Part shown: piece by piece, positions 1-8,595 of the stretch
Position numbering within the stretch: position 1 is the first letter of the stretch
How the letters are laid out: each line of letters begins with the position of its first letter
NCBI GenBank assembly: GCA_963842525.1
Contig: CAWJGT010000003.1
Coordinates: 1,664,001 to 1,728,000 of the forward strand
Length of the DNA stretch: 64,000 bases
Source: an uncultured Holophagales bacterium
GTDB taxonomy: Bacteria > Acidobacteriota > Thermoanaerobaculia > Multivoradales > UBA5704
Reading direction: 5' to 3'
Translations under genes and position numbers: made by a program
The notes under the pieces: generated by a model
Told to the model about the DNA's origin: nothing
Seen by the model: the letters and a program-made list of their open reading frames with translations, nothing else
Database searches by the model: none

Positions 1-522
1 TCGTATACCAAAATGTTGGGTCAGCTCCAGGATGCCGGAAACACCGTCACCCTGGCTCATTATCTGGAGCTATTGGCTGGCGCGGGGATGCTCACAGGTC
101 TTCAGAAATACGCGGCGAAGGCGGTGCGCCAGCGTGGGTCCAGCCCCAAGCTGCAGGTGTTGAACACCGCCCTGATGACCTCTCAGATGGGGCTCACGCC
201 GCAAGAGGCCCGCGCCGACCGCGAGCTCTGGGGGCGGCTTGTGGAGTCCGCCGTTGGAGCACATCTGGCCAACGCTGCCGCGGTCGGCGAGTGCGAGCTG
301 TTCTACTGGCGCGATCACAACCGGGAGGTCGATTTCGTCGTCCGATCCGGCCGTCACCTGACCGCCATCGAGGTCAAGAGCGGGTGGTCCCGGGATACGC
401 TGCCCGGAATGGCGGCTTTCGCAGAAGCTTTCAGACCGCAACGCAAGCTCCTCGTAGGCGGCGACGGCATCCCCGTCGGCGAATTTCTTGGCCGGCCGGT
501 CGCGTATTGGGTGAAGGGGTAA
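1..522 (+). CDS. AAA+ ATP-binding protein with C-terminal DUF4143 domain, 5'-truncated by the window edge
   Basis: Frame is open from base 1. Motifs SPKLQVLNTAL, GRLVESAVGAHL and FYWRDHNREVDFVV...AIEVKSG are typical of AAA_14/DUF4143 proteins. Confidence 0.85.
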   Translation, partial: SYTKMLGQLQDAGNTVTLAHYLELLAGAGMLTGLQKYAAKAVRQRGSSPKLQVLNTALMTSQMGLTPQEARADRELWGRLVESAVGAHLANAAAVGECELFYWRDHNREVDFVVRSGRHLTAIEVKSGWSRDTLPGMAAFAEAFRPQRKLLVGGDGIPVGEFLGRPVAYWVKG

Positions 523-532
523 GGACACGCAG

Positions 533-1000
533 ATGCCCAACCGAATCGACGTTCACCTGAAATCGCTCGGCATCGAGCTGCCGACGCCGAGCGCGCCCGG
601 TGCCAACTATGTGCCCTTCGTTCGGACCGGGGATCTCATCTTCCTCACAGGGCAGCTCTCGCAGTGGAACGGCGAGCGGCGCTTCATTGGAAAGCTCGGC
701 CGGGAGTTCGGGATCGAGGAGGGCCAGCAGGCCGCGCGGCTCTGTGCGCTCAACCTGCTCGCGCACCTGCGCGCGGCGCTCGACGGCGACCTGGACCGCG
801 TTGTCCGCTGCGTCCGGATCGCCGGCTTCGTCAACTCCATGCCCGACTTCGTGGCGCAGTCACAGGTGATCAATGGAGCGTCCGACCTCTTCGTGGAGAT
901 CCTGGGCGAGGCCGGGCGGCATGCCCGCATGGCGGTCGGTGTGAGCGCGCTGCCCTACGACGTGGCGGTCGAGGTCGAGGCGGTGTTCGAGGTTCGCTGA
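533..1000 (+). CDS. RidA/YjgF/UK114 family protein
   Basis: Motifs ANYVPFVRTGDLIFLTGQL, VINGASDL and GRHARMAVGVSALP..VAVEVE. Confidence 0.92.
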   Translation: MPNRIDVHLKSLGIELPTPSAPGANYVPFVRTGDLIFLTGQLSQWNGERRFIGKLGREFGIEEGQQAARLCALNLLAHLRAALDGDLDRVVRCVRIAGFVNSMPDFVAQSQVINGASDLFVEILGEAGRHARMAVGVSALPYDVAVEVEAVFEVR

Positions 1001-1004
1001 GCCG

Positions 1005-2105
1005 ATGACAGCCACCGCTCCGACCCTCACCACCCGCCAGCTCAACCGCGCCCTGCTCGCACGGCAGATGCTGCTCGCACGGGAAAAGACTACGGCGCTC
1101 GCGGCCGTCGAGCAGCTCGTCGGCTTGCAGGCGCAGTTGGCGAGGCCCCCGTTCGCAGGTCTGTGGACGCGTCTCGAAGGGTTTCGCCGCGACGATCTCC
1201 TCGACCCGCTCCGCGAACGCCGGATCGTCCGCGTGACGGCGATGCGCGGCACCCTCCACCTGATGAGCGCCGCCGATTACGTCGGGCTGCGGGGCGCCTT
1301 GCAGCCGGCGCTCGCACGTGGCCTGGAATCGATCCTTCGCGACCGCGCGAAGGGCCTCGACCTTGCCGCCCTGGAGACGGACGCGCGCGCGTTTTTCCCT
1401 GGAACTTTCGATGGCTTTCGGGTCCATCTGAAGACGAAGGATCCGCAGGCTGACGAGCGCGCGATGGCCTATGCGATCCGCATGCACCTCCCGCTCGTCC
1501 AGGTCCCGGCCGAGGAACGGTGGGGGTTTCCCGCGGCGGCCGATTTCGCCATGGCGGATGCATGGCTTGGTACAAAGATTCCGGCCGAGCCTGCGCCGGC
1601 GCACACGCTGGTCCGGCGCTACCTCGCCGCGTTCGGGCCTGCGACGCCCGGCGATGCGCAGGCGTGGTCCGCTCTGCAGGGTCTGCGCGAGGTGTTCGAG
1701 GAGCTCCGGCCCTCTCTCGTCACCTTCCGCGATGCGCGGAAACGTGAGCTGTTCGATCTCCCGGAGGCACCGCGACCGCCGGAGGATACGCCGGCGCCGG
1801 TCCGCTTCCTGCCGGATTTCGACAACCTGGTGCTGTCGCACGACGATCGCACCCGAGTGATCGCCGACGAGCACCGCCCGCGGGTCACGCTCAAGAATCT
1901 CCAGGTACGCGCAACGTTCCTGGTCGACGGCTTCGTCGCCGGGACCTGGAAGATCGAGCGCAAGAAGAAAGCCGCGGTCCTGATCCTCGAACCCTTTGGA
2001 AAGCTCGACAAGCGGACGCTGGCGGAGCTCGAGCGGGAAGGCGATGCATTGCTGCGCTTCGCCGAGGAGGACGCGGAGGCGCGGGACGTGCGATGCTTGC
2101 CGTGA
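1005..2105 (+). CDS. HTH_42 winged-helix DNA glycosylase, AlkZ-like (QxQ type)
   Basis: Motifs LNRALLARQMLL, GLQAQ (catalytic QxQ), MRGTLHL, RYLAAFGPAT and RFLPDFDNLVLSH. Confidence 0.88.
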   Translation: MTATAPTLTTRQLNRALLARQMLLAREKTTALAAVEQLVGLQAQLARPPFAGLWTRLEGFRRDDLLDPLRERRIVRVTAMRGTLHLMSAADYVGLRGALQPALARGLESILRDRAKGLDLAALETDARAFFPGTFDGFRVHLKTKDPQADERAMAYAIRMHLPLVQVPAEERWGFPAAADFAMADAWLGTKIPAEPAPAHTLVRRYLAAFGPATPGDAQAWSALQGLREVFEELRPSLVTFRDARKRELFDLPEAPRPPEDTPAPVRFLPDFDNLVLSHDDRTRVIADEHRPRVTLKNLQVRATFLVDGFVAGTWKIERKKKAAVLILEPFGKLDKRTLAELEREGDALLRFAEEDAEARDVRCLP

Positions 2106-2134
2106 GGAAATCAACCAGAGCAAGAGGACGAAAG

Positions 2135-3694
2135 ATGAAGAAGACCCTGGCCCTGACCCTCTGCGCCACACTCGCCCTGGGCAGCCTGACGCCGCTCCGC
2201 GCCCAGTCGCCGCCGGACACCAAGGAGTCATTCTTCGCCCGCGGACGAGCTGTGGTCGAGCGCAACGCGCGCATCAAGCCGAACCGCCGCAAGGCGCGCA
2301 ACGTCATCCTCTTCGTGGGCGACGGCATGGGGGTGACCACCATCACGGCGGCCCGCATCTTCGACGGCCAGCAGAAGGGGATGAAGGGGGAGGAGAACGA
2401 GCTGAGCTTCGAGAAGTTCCCCTACCTCGCCCACTCGAAGACCTGGCAGGTCAACCAGCAGGTGCCCGACTCGGCGCCGACCATGACCGCGATCGTCACC
2501 GGCAGCAAGACCAATGACGGCATGCTGTCGATCGCGCCCAACGTGATCGGCAACGACTTCACCGCCTCGGCCAAACCTGAAAACCGTTTACGGACGATCC
2601 TGGAGCAGGCCGAGGAGCGCGGGATGTGGACCGGCGTGGTGTCAACCGCCCGGATCACCCATGCCACCCCTGGCGCCTGCTACTCGCACACGCCGGCCCG
2701 CGACACCGAATCGGATGTCGATCTGGCGAAGATCAGCCCCGAGGCCGCGGCGGCCGGCTATCCGGACATCGCCCGCCAGCTCCTCGAATTCAAGGTCAGG
2801 CCGGCGACCATGAACGGCAAGGCCAGCCAGGGCCTGGAAGTGGCGATGGGCGGCGGCCGGTCGAAGTTCCTTCTCGCCACGGCCGACGATCCCGAGTACC
2901 GGGAACGCAAAGGCGACCGGAAGGACCGCGACCTGGCGGCGGAGTGGGCTGCGCGCGGCGGCGCCTACGTCTTCGACAAGGCGGGCTTCGACACCGTCGA
3001 TCCAACGAAGACCGGCCCGGTGCTGGGACTCTTCGAGCCGTCCCACATGATGTTCGAAATGGAGCGGCGGCAGCGCGAGGCGGCCGAGCCCGGCAAGCTC
3101 CGAGAGCCCTCCCTGACCGAAATGACCGAGAAGGCGATCCGCATCCTCCAGCGGAGCCCCAAAGGCTATTTCCTCATGGTCGAGGCCGGGCGGATCGACC
3201 ACGGCCACCACGCGGGCATCGCCTACCTGGCCCTCAGCGATGCCGCCGAGCTCTCCCGAGCCGTCGAGCGGGCGGCGAAGCTGGCCGGGGACGACACCCT
3301 GATCGTCGTCACGGCCGACCACAGCCACGTCTTCACCATGAGCGGCTATCCCGCGCGCGGCAACCCGATCCTGGGCCTGGTGGTGACCAACAACGAGAAG
3401 ACCGGGCTGCCGGAGACTGAGCCCGCCAAGGCGGCGGACGGCAAGCCCTATACGACTCTGGGGTATGCGAACGGTCCCGGTGCCGTCCCGGGAGAGCGGC
3501 CCGACCTGACCGATGTGGACACCCAGGCGCCGACCTTCAAGCAGCAGGCGCTCGTTCCGATGGGCTCCGAGACCCACGGAGGCGAGGACGTCGTGATCTT
3601 CGCCCGCGGCCCGCACGCTCACCTCTTCCAGGGGACGATGGAGGAGAACGCGATCTACTTCGTCATGGCCCGTGCCTTGAACCTCACCCCCTGA
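2135..3694 (+). CDS. phoA: Alkaline phosphatase (PhoA family), secreted
   Basis: Signal peptide MKKTLAL..., NVILFVGDGMG, active-site VPDSAPT, THATP, VEAGRIDHGHH, VTADHSH and ETHGGEDV. ATG 2135 follows GAGG. Confidence 0.93.
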   Translation: MKKTLALTLCATLALGSLTPLRAQSPPDTKESFFARGRAVVERNARIKPNRRKARNVILFVGDGMGVTTITAARIFDGQQKGMKGEENELSFEKFPYLAHSKTWQVNQQVPDSAPTMTAIVTGSKTNDGMLSIAPNVIGNDFTASAKPENRLRTILEQAEERGMWTGVVSTARITHATPGACYSHTPARDTESDVDLAKISPEAAAAGYPDIARQLLEFKVRPATMNGKASQGLEVAMGGGRSKFLLATADDPEYRERKGDRKDRDLAAEWAARGGAYVFDKAGFDTVDPTKTGPVLGLFEPSHMMFEMERRQREAAEPGKLREPSLTEMTEKAIRILQRSPKGYFLMVEAGRIDHGHHAGIAYLALSDAAELSRAVERAAKLAGDDTLIVVTADHSHVFTMSGYPARGNPILGLVVTNNEKTGLPETEPAKAADGKPYTTLGYANGPGAVPGERPDLTDVDTQAPTFKQQALVPMGSETHGGEDVVIFARGPHAHLFQGTMEENAIYFVMARALNLTP

Positions 3695-3734
3695 CCCCCT
3701 CTCCCATCGCCCTCCCACCGACCGGGAGAGGGGG
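3682..3734. repeat. REP-like palindrome, CCCTCACCCC..CCCTCTCCC...GGGAGAGGG family (half element); overlaps the phosphatase stop codon
   Basis: Matches one arm of the elements at 14847-14993 and 43217-43365. Confidence 0.75.
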
Positions 3735-3765
3735 AACGCGGCTCGCAACATCGTAGAATTGCACC

Positions 3766-4518
3766 ATGATCACCACGATCGATCACGGTCCCGTCCGCGA
3801 GCTGCGCCTGTCGCGTCCGCCGGTCAATGCCCTGGAATCCGGGCTGATGGATGCGCTCGCCGCGGCCGTGGCCCAGGCCCCGGAGGAAGGGGCGCGGGCG
3901 CTCGTCCTCTCCGGCGCTCCGGGCCGGTTCTCGGGAGGGCTCGACATCCCTCTCCTGCTCCAACTCGACCGGCCGGCGATCCGCCGCCTCTGGGAGTCCC
4001 TCTACGGGGTTCTGCGGAACCTCGCCGCCTCGCGGATCCCCATTGCCGCGGCCATCACCGGCCACAGCCCGGCCGGCGGCGCCGTCCTCGCCATCTATTG
4101 CGACTACCGGATCATGGCCGGCGGTGACTTCAGGATCGGCTTCAACGAGGTGCCGGTGGGCCTCCCCATGCCCGCCGCGATCCACCAATGCATCGCGCTG
4201 GTTCTGGGGCCGCGCACGGCGGAGCGCCTCTGCGTGACGGGGCAGCTCATGCCGCCCGCGGAAGCGGCGCGGATCGGCCTCGTCGACGAGGTCGTCCCGC
4301 CCGAGCGCGTGATCGAGCGGGCCGTCGAGTGGTGCCAGGGCCTCCTGAAGCTGCCGCCGCGCGCCATGGCCCTTACCCGCCAGACCGCCCGCGCCGGCCT
4401 CGTCCGCCGCATGGACGAAGGGCTCGCCGGAGAGCTGGACCTCCTCATGGACCACTGGTTCCACGACGAGGCCCAGGCCGCCCTGCGCGCCGTGGCCGAC
4501 CGGCTCAAGAAGAAGTGA
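3766..4518 (+). CDS. Enoyl-CoA hydratase/isomerase (crotonase) family
   Basis: Motifs RPPVNAL, FSGGLD, AAITGHSPAGG, CDYRIM and IGFNEVPVGL. Confidence 0.92.
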   Translation: MITTIDHGPVRELRLSRPPVNALESGLMDALAAAVAQAPEEGARALVLSGAPGRFSGGLDIPLLLQLDRPAIRRLWESLYGVLRNLAASRIPIAAAITGHSPAGGAVLAIYCDYRIMAGGDFRIGFNEVPVGLPMPAAIHQCIALVLGPRTAERLCVTGQLMPPAEAARIGLVDEVVPPERVIERAVEWCQGLLKLPPRAMALTRQTARAGLVRRMDEGLAGELDLLMDHWFHDEAQAALRAVADRLKKK

Positions 4519-4531
4519 GGAAGTGAGGGCT

Positions 4532-4786
4532 TCAGGCCCTCTTGATCAAGCGCAGCAGGAGCACCAGGATGACGGCGCCGACGAACGCCACGATGATCGA
4601 GCCGAGGAGGCCGCCGCCGGCCCCGATCCCGAGCTTGCCGAACAGCCAGCCGCCGAGGAACGCGCCGATCACGCCCACGACCATATCGCCCACCAGGCCG
4701 AAGCCACCGCCCCGCACGAGCTTTCCTGCCAGCCATCCGGCGATCAGCCCGACGATCAGCAATATGATCAAGCTTTCCAGGCTCAT
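4532..4786 (-). CDS. GlsB/YeaQ/YmgE family (transglycosylase-associated) small membrane protein
   Basis: 84 aa hydrophobic protein: IVGLIAGWLAG..GGGFGLVGDMVVGVIGAFLGG. Confidence 0.92.
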   Translation of the reverse strand: MSLESLIILLIVGLIAGWLAGKLVRGGGFGLVGDMVVGVIGAFLGGWLFGKLGIGAGGGLLGSIIVAFVGAVILVLLLRLIKRA

Positions 4787-4916
4787 AGCGCGCTCTCCTA
4801 TGGAAGTGAGGGTTCGGCGCCACTATACAGGATCTTCGCAGCGCGGCAGCGCCTTGCCGGAAAGCCGTGCTTCGCGGTAGCTTTTCTCTATTCACTCCAC
4901 GAGTGAGGAGAAGAAC

Positions 4917-7361
4917 CTGATCCGGCCCAAGGTCTTCGTCAGCTACTGCCACGAGGATGGCGCAATCCTCGAACAGGTCCGGATCCACCTCCGGCTGCTC
5001 GAACGGGACGGGCTCGTCCAGTCGTGGACGGATCAGAGCCTCCAGATTGGAGACCGCTGGCAGGAAAAGCTCGACGAGGCGCTCGAAGGCGCAACTGCCG
5101 CGGTGCTGATCGTGTCGGCGGGTTTCCTGGCCTCGGACTTCATCATGACGCAGGAGCTGCCCCGCATCCTGGCCCGGGAGGCGGCCGGCGAGCTCAAGGT
5201 CATTCCCATCTTCTGGAGCGACTGCCTGGCGGATCGCGAAATCGCCTTCGCCGAGGAGCGGACCGGCCGGCGGCGGACAAGGAAGCTGACGGCCTTCCAG
5301 GGGATCGGCTCGCCGCAGGAGCCGCTGGCGGGCCTCTCGTGGCCGGATCGGGAAAGGGAGCTGACCGGCCTTGCCCGCAGGCTTCTGGCCCTCGCAGGCT
5401 CAGGGACGACGCCCGTCCCTCCGCCGGTCCCAAGGCCGCCTACCACCGGTCCGGCCCGGGAGTACACGCTGACGGTCCGTCTGGAGCGCCGGGACGACGT
5501 CCTGGAGGTGCACTACCACCTCCCGGGGACCGACGCGATCGGCTCTGCCAGCCGGCCCTGGAAGGAGATCCAGGCCGAGGTGGCGCCCATCGCCGCGGCT
5601 CTCGACCATAGCGGTGACTTCGCCGTCCCGTCATCCTGGGGCGAGTCCCTCGCCAGGGTCCTCTTCGGGCCGGCTCCCCAGTGGCAGCCGGTGCTGCGCG
5701 TCCTCTTCGGCGCGCCCGAGCCCGCGCCGCAGCCGACGCCGCTGCGGGGGCCGGCCCGCCTGCGGGTCTGTACCGAGGACGCCCTCCTCGCCGGCCTGCC
5801 CTGGCGATTGACCTCCTGGAACGGCCGCGTCCTGGCGGAGATGGCTCCCGCCGGCTGGATCTTCGAGGTGATCCGGACCCTCGATCCCACCGGCGATTTC
5901 ACCACGACGGCCCCGTGCAACGTGCTCGTCGTGGCGCCGGCTGCCGCCGCCGAGGCCGGCAAGCTCCACGACCCCATGCATCCGAGGGCGGTCGCGGAGG
6001 TGCTCGGCGACGTCTGGCCGACCGGCCGCGATCCGGGCTACCTGCGCGTCGTGCGGACGCGGTTGGAGCTGGAGAAGGCTCTCGCCGGCATGCGTCCTCA
6101 TGTCGTCTACGTCTATGCGACCGGGGAGGTGGTGGGCGGCCGTCCGGCCCTTGTCCTGGACGGGGACCGGGAGGGCACCGTCGACCGGCTCCCCCTCGGC
6201 CGCCTGGCGGGCCTTTTCCAGGAGGCCGGCCACCGGCCTTCCGTGCTCTACCTCAACACCGCGGGCCTCGGCGCCGCCGCGCAGGCCCTGGACGGCAATG
6301 TTCCTCTTGTCCTCTGGCGCCGGCTGCCGGCCTGGACGCCCGAGTCCACCTCGGTCGCCCTCGCCTGGCTGCGCCGCTGGCTCGGCCGCGGCGAGGACCC
6401 GGTCGCGGCCCTGCACGAGGTCGCCCGCGACGATGCCGGACAGGAAGCCGCCACGCTGGCGGTTGCCGCCTCGTACCGTGCCTGGAGCACGCCGGCGTAT
6501 CAGGCCGTCGCCGTCCAGGACCGGTATGCGCGCCTCCGGCTCGACCGCCGGGAGCAGAAGGCGCTCGTCGCCCGTGACCTGCGCGAGCTCGTCCGCGGCG
6601 ACGGCTTCCGCACCCTGGCCCTCGTCGCCTATGCCGCGCCGGGCAATGCGATTCACTCCCTGGCCGCGCAGCTCGAGCACGACTTGGAGCTGGAAGTCGA
6701 GCCCTTTGCTGCGATCAAGTGGCGGCGGCTGGAATTCCCTCAGCGCCGGACGCAGCTTCGCGAGGACCTCCGGCATGAGCTGCACCTGCAGCTCGAAGCG
6801 GAAGCCAACGAGGTCACGCAGCACCTGCTGCGCCGGCATGCCCCGAAGGCGCTGCGGCCGGGCCGGCGGGCTGTCCTCTGGCTCGACTGGGGCTGTTTCG
6901 GCGAAGGCCACCAGCCGCCGCTGAGCCCGCCGCAGCTCGGCGAGTGGCTTCGCTTCTCCAGCGAATTCCTCACCGTCCACTGCCCGGCGGACCTGCGCCT
7001 CGTCTCCTTCCTGGCTGCCGAGGCCGAGCCGGCCCGGCACCAGCGCCTGAGGAAGGTCCTGGCGGACCAGGAGAGCGAGCCCTGGTGCCAGAGCCCCGCC
7101 TTCCTCTTCACCGCGCTGCCGCCGCTCGGCGACGTCGCGGAGGCCGACCTGCGCAAGTTCCTGCGCGATCCCGGCAACACGAGCTGCGATGCGGGCATCC
7201 AGACCGACGTCGCCCGGCGGATCTTCCAGCGGACCGGCGGCAATTTCGAGCAGACTGTCGCCCTTCTCGAAGAGGGGCAGAAGGGCTCGTGGTACGATCT
7301 GCTGAAACGCCTGCAACGCGAGCAGGGAGGCGCCCTGCCCGTCGACGACGAACCATTTTGA
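4917..7361 (+). CDS. TIR domain + catalytically dead CHAT-like domain + inactive-STAND-like C-terminus; probable CTG start
   Basis: The frame is open from stop 4878-4880. It reads [14 protein letters not shown]...[21 protein letters not shown]...[21 protein letters not shown] (TIR) upstream of the tracked start at 5103. GAGGAG at 4905-4910 lies 6 nt before CTG 4917. The central LAGLPW / HVVYVYATG / VLYLNTA motifs resemble CHAT without the catalytic His and Cys. LRLDRREQ opens the C-terminal region. Confidence 0.8.
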   Translation: MIRPKVFVSYCHEDGAILEQVRIHLRLLERDGLVQSWTDQSLQIGDRWQEKLDEALEGATAAVLIVSAGFLASDFIMTQELPRILAREAAGELKVIPIFWSDCLADREIAFAEERTGRRRTRKLTAFQGIGSPQEPLAGLSWPDRERELTGLARRLLALAGSGTTPVPPPVPRPPTTGPAREYTLTVRLERRDDVLEVHYHLPGTDAIGSASRPWKEIQAEVAPIAAALDHSGDFAVPSSWGESLARVLFGPAPQWQPVLRVLFGAPEPAPQPTPLRGPARLRVCTEDALLAGLPWRLTSWNGRVLAEMAPAGWIFEVIRTLDPTGDFTTTAPCNVLVVAPAAAAEAGKLHDPMHPRAVAEVLGDVWPTGRDPGYLRVVRTRLELEKALAGMRPHVVYVYATGEVVGGRPALVLDGDREGTVDRLPLGRLAGLFQEAGHRPSVLYLNTAGLGAAAQALDGNVPLVLWRRLPAWTPESTSVALAWLRRWLGRGEDPVAALHEVARDDAGQEAATLAVAASYRAWSTPAYQAVAVQDRYARLRLDRREQKALVARDLRELVRGDGFRTLALVAYAAPGNAIHSLAAQLEHDLELEVEPFAAIKWRRLEFPQRRTQLREDLRHELHLQLEAEANEVTQHLLRRHAPKALRPGRRAVLWLDWGCFGEGHQPPLSPPQLGEWLRFSSEFLTVHCPADLRLVSFLAAEAEPARHQRLRKVLADQESEPWCQSPAFLFTALPPLGDVAEADLRKFLRDPGNTSCDAGIQTDVARRIFQRTGGNFEQTVALLEEGQKGSWYDLLKRLQREQGGALPVDDEPF

Positions 7362-8278
7362 GCGAGCCCCTCCCCTTCGAGCTGCTGTCGCCGGACGACC
7401 ACGGCCCGGGCCGCCGGGAAGCCCTGGCCCGGCGCGAGCTTCCCGCATCGCTCGGCAGCCACGGGGTGGCCGCGCCCCTCTACCGGCCGGACCCCGGGCT
7501 GGTGGACGCCGTCAACGTCGCGCTGGCCGTGGGCGCGCCGCTCCTCCTCACCGGCGAGCCCGGAACCGGCAAGACCCAGGTCGGCCACTACCTCGCCTGG
7601 TATTTCGGCGTCGAGCTCTTCCCTCTCTACGTGCGCAGCACCACCACCGCCGAGGACCTCCTCTACCACTTCGACGCAGTCGCCTACCTCCACGCCGCCC
7701 AGGTGGGCCGTGTCGAGGCCATCGCCAAGGCGGATTTCGTCGAGAAAAGGCCGCTGTGGCAGGCCTACGAGGTGGACGGTCCCTCGGTCGTGCTCATCGA
7801 CGAGATCGACAAGGCGCCCCGGGACTTTCCGAACGACCTCTTGAACGTCCTCGATCAGCACACCTTCTACGTACCGGAAAGCAACCGCCAGGTGAGCCGC
7901 CGGAAAGGGGCACCGCCGCCGGTCGTGGTGATCACCAGCAACAGCGAGCGGCGGCTGCCCGAGCCGTTCCTGCGCCGCTGCGTCTTCCACCACATCGAGC
8001 TCACCGAGGAGCTGCTGCGCCGCGCCGTCGAGGCCCGGATCGGCGACTTCCCGGGCCTTTCCGCCACGGTGCGCGAGGCAGCGGTCCAGCGTTTCCTCGA
8101 GCTGCGCGGGCGCGAGGTCCGCAAGAAGCCGGCCACGGCCGAGCTGCTCATCTGGCTCACCGTGCTCTCCGCCCGCGGCGGCGTCACCGCGGAGCGGCTT
8201 ACCCTTTGCCGTCTGGCCGAGCTGCCGGCCGTTTCGGCCCTGATCAAAGACCGCGACGACTTGGCCCTCCTCGGCTGA
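7358..8278 (+). CDS. MoxR family AAA+ ATPase
   Basis: Walker A GEPGTGKT, Walker [10 protein letters not shown], and [17 protein letters not shown]. The TTG start overlaps the upstream TGA. Confidence 0.92.
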   Translation: MSEPLPFELLSPDDHGPGRREALARRELPASLGSHGVAAPLYRPDPGLVDAVNVALAVGAPLLLTGEPGTGKTQVGHYLAWYFGVELFPLYVRSTTTAEDLLYHFDAVAYLHAAQVGRVEAIAKADFVEKRPLWQAYEVDGPSVVLIDEIDKAPRDFPNDLLNVLDQHTFYVPESNRQVSRRKGAPPPVVVITSNSERRLPEPFLRRCVFHHIELTEELLRRAVEARIGDFPGLSATVREAAVQRFLELRGREVRKKPATAELLIWLTVLSARGGVTAERLTLCRLAELPAVSALIKDRDDLALLG

Positions 8279-8319
8279 CCCCTTCGTTCTACTTTGTCAG
8301 ATTGCCTCGGTGGTACATT

Positions 8320-8524
8320 GCCAGCCCCGCAGGGGCGGCCGGAATTAGCCCGGGATTTCAATCCCGGGAACCGGGCATCCCAACCCTCAGGAGCCCCGCC
8401 AGGGGCGACAGGAATTTGGCCGCCGATCTCCTGCCGCCCCTACCGGGGCTGAATGGAGAGGGGGGGGCCTTCCCTTCCCGGGCTGAAGGCCCGGGCTAAT
8501 TCCGACCGCCCCTGCGGGGCTGGC
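8320..8524. repeat. REPIN-like long inverted repeat between moxR and the vWA gene
   Basis: Ends GCCAGCCCCGCAGGGGCGG...CCGCCCCTGCGGGGCTGGC are complementary, with nested AATTAGCCCGGG/CCCGGGCTAATT arms. Confidence 0.8.
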
Positions 8525-8595
8525 GTACGGCAGTTCAGGGAGCTGGTGGACGCTCGCGCAGCAGAGCTAGGGACGCTGACAAAGTAGAATGAGTC

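Noticed and set aside
1005-2105. AlkZ-like gene as self-resistance marker of a genotoxin biosynthetic cluster
   Set aside because: No biosynthetic genes are nearby; the neighbours are ordinary metabolic genes.
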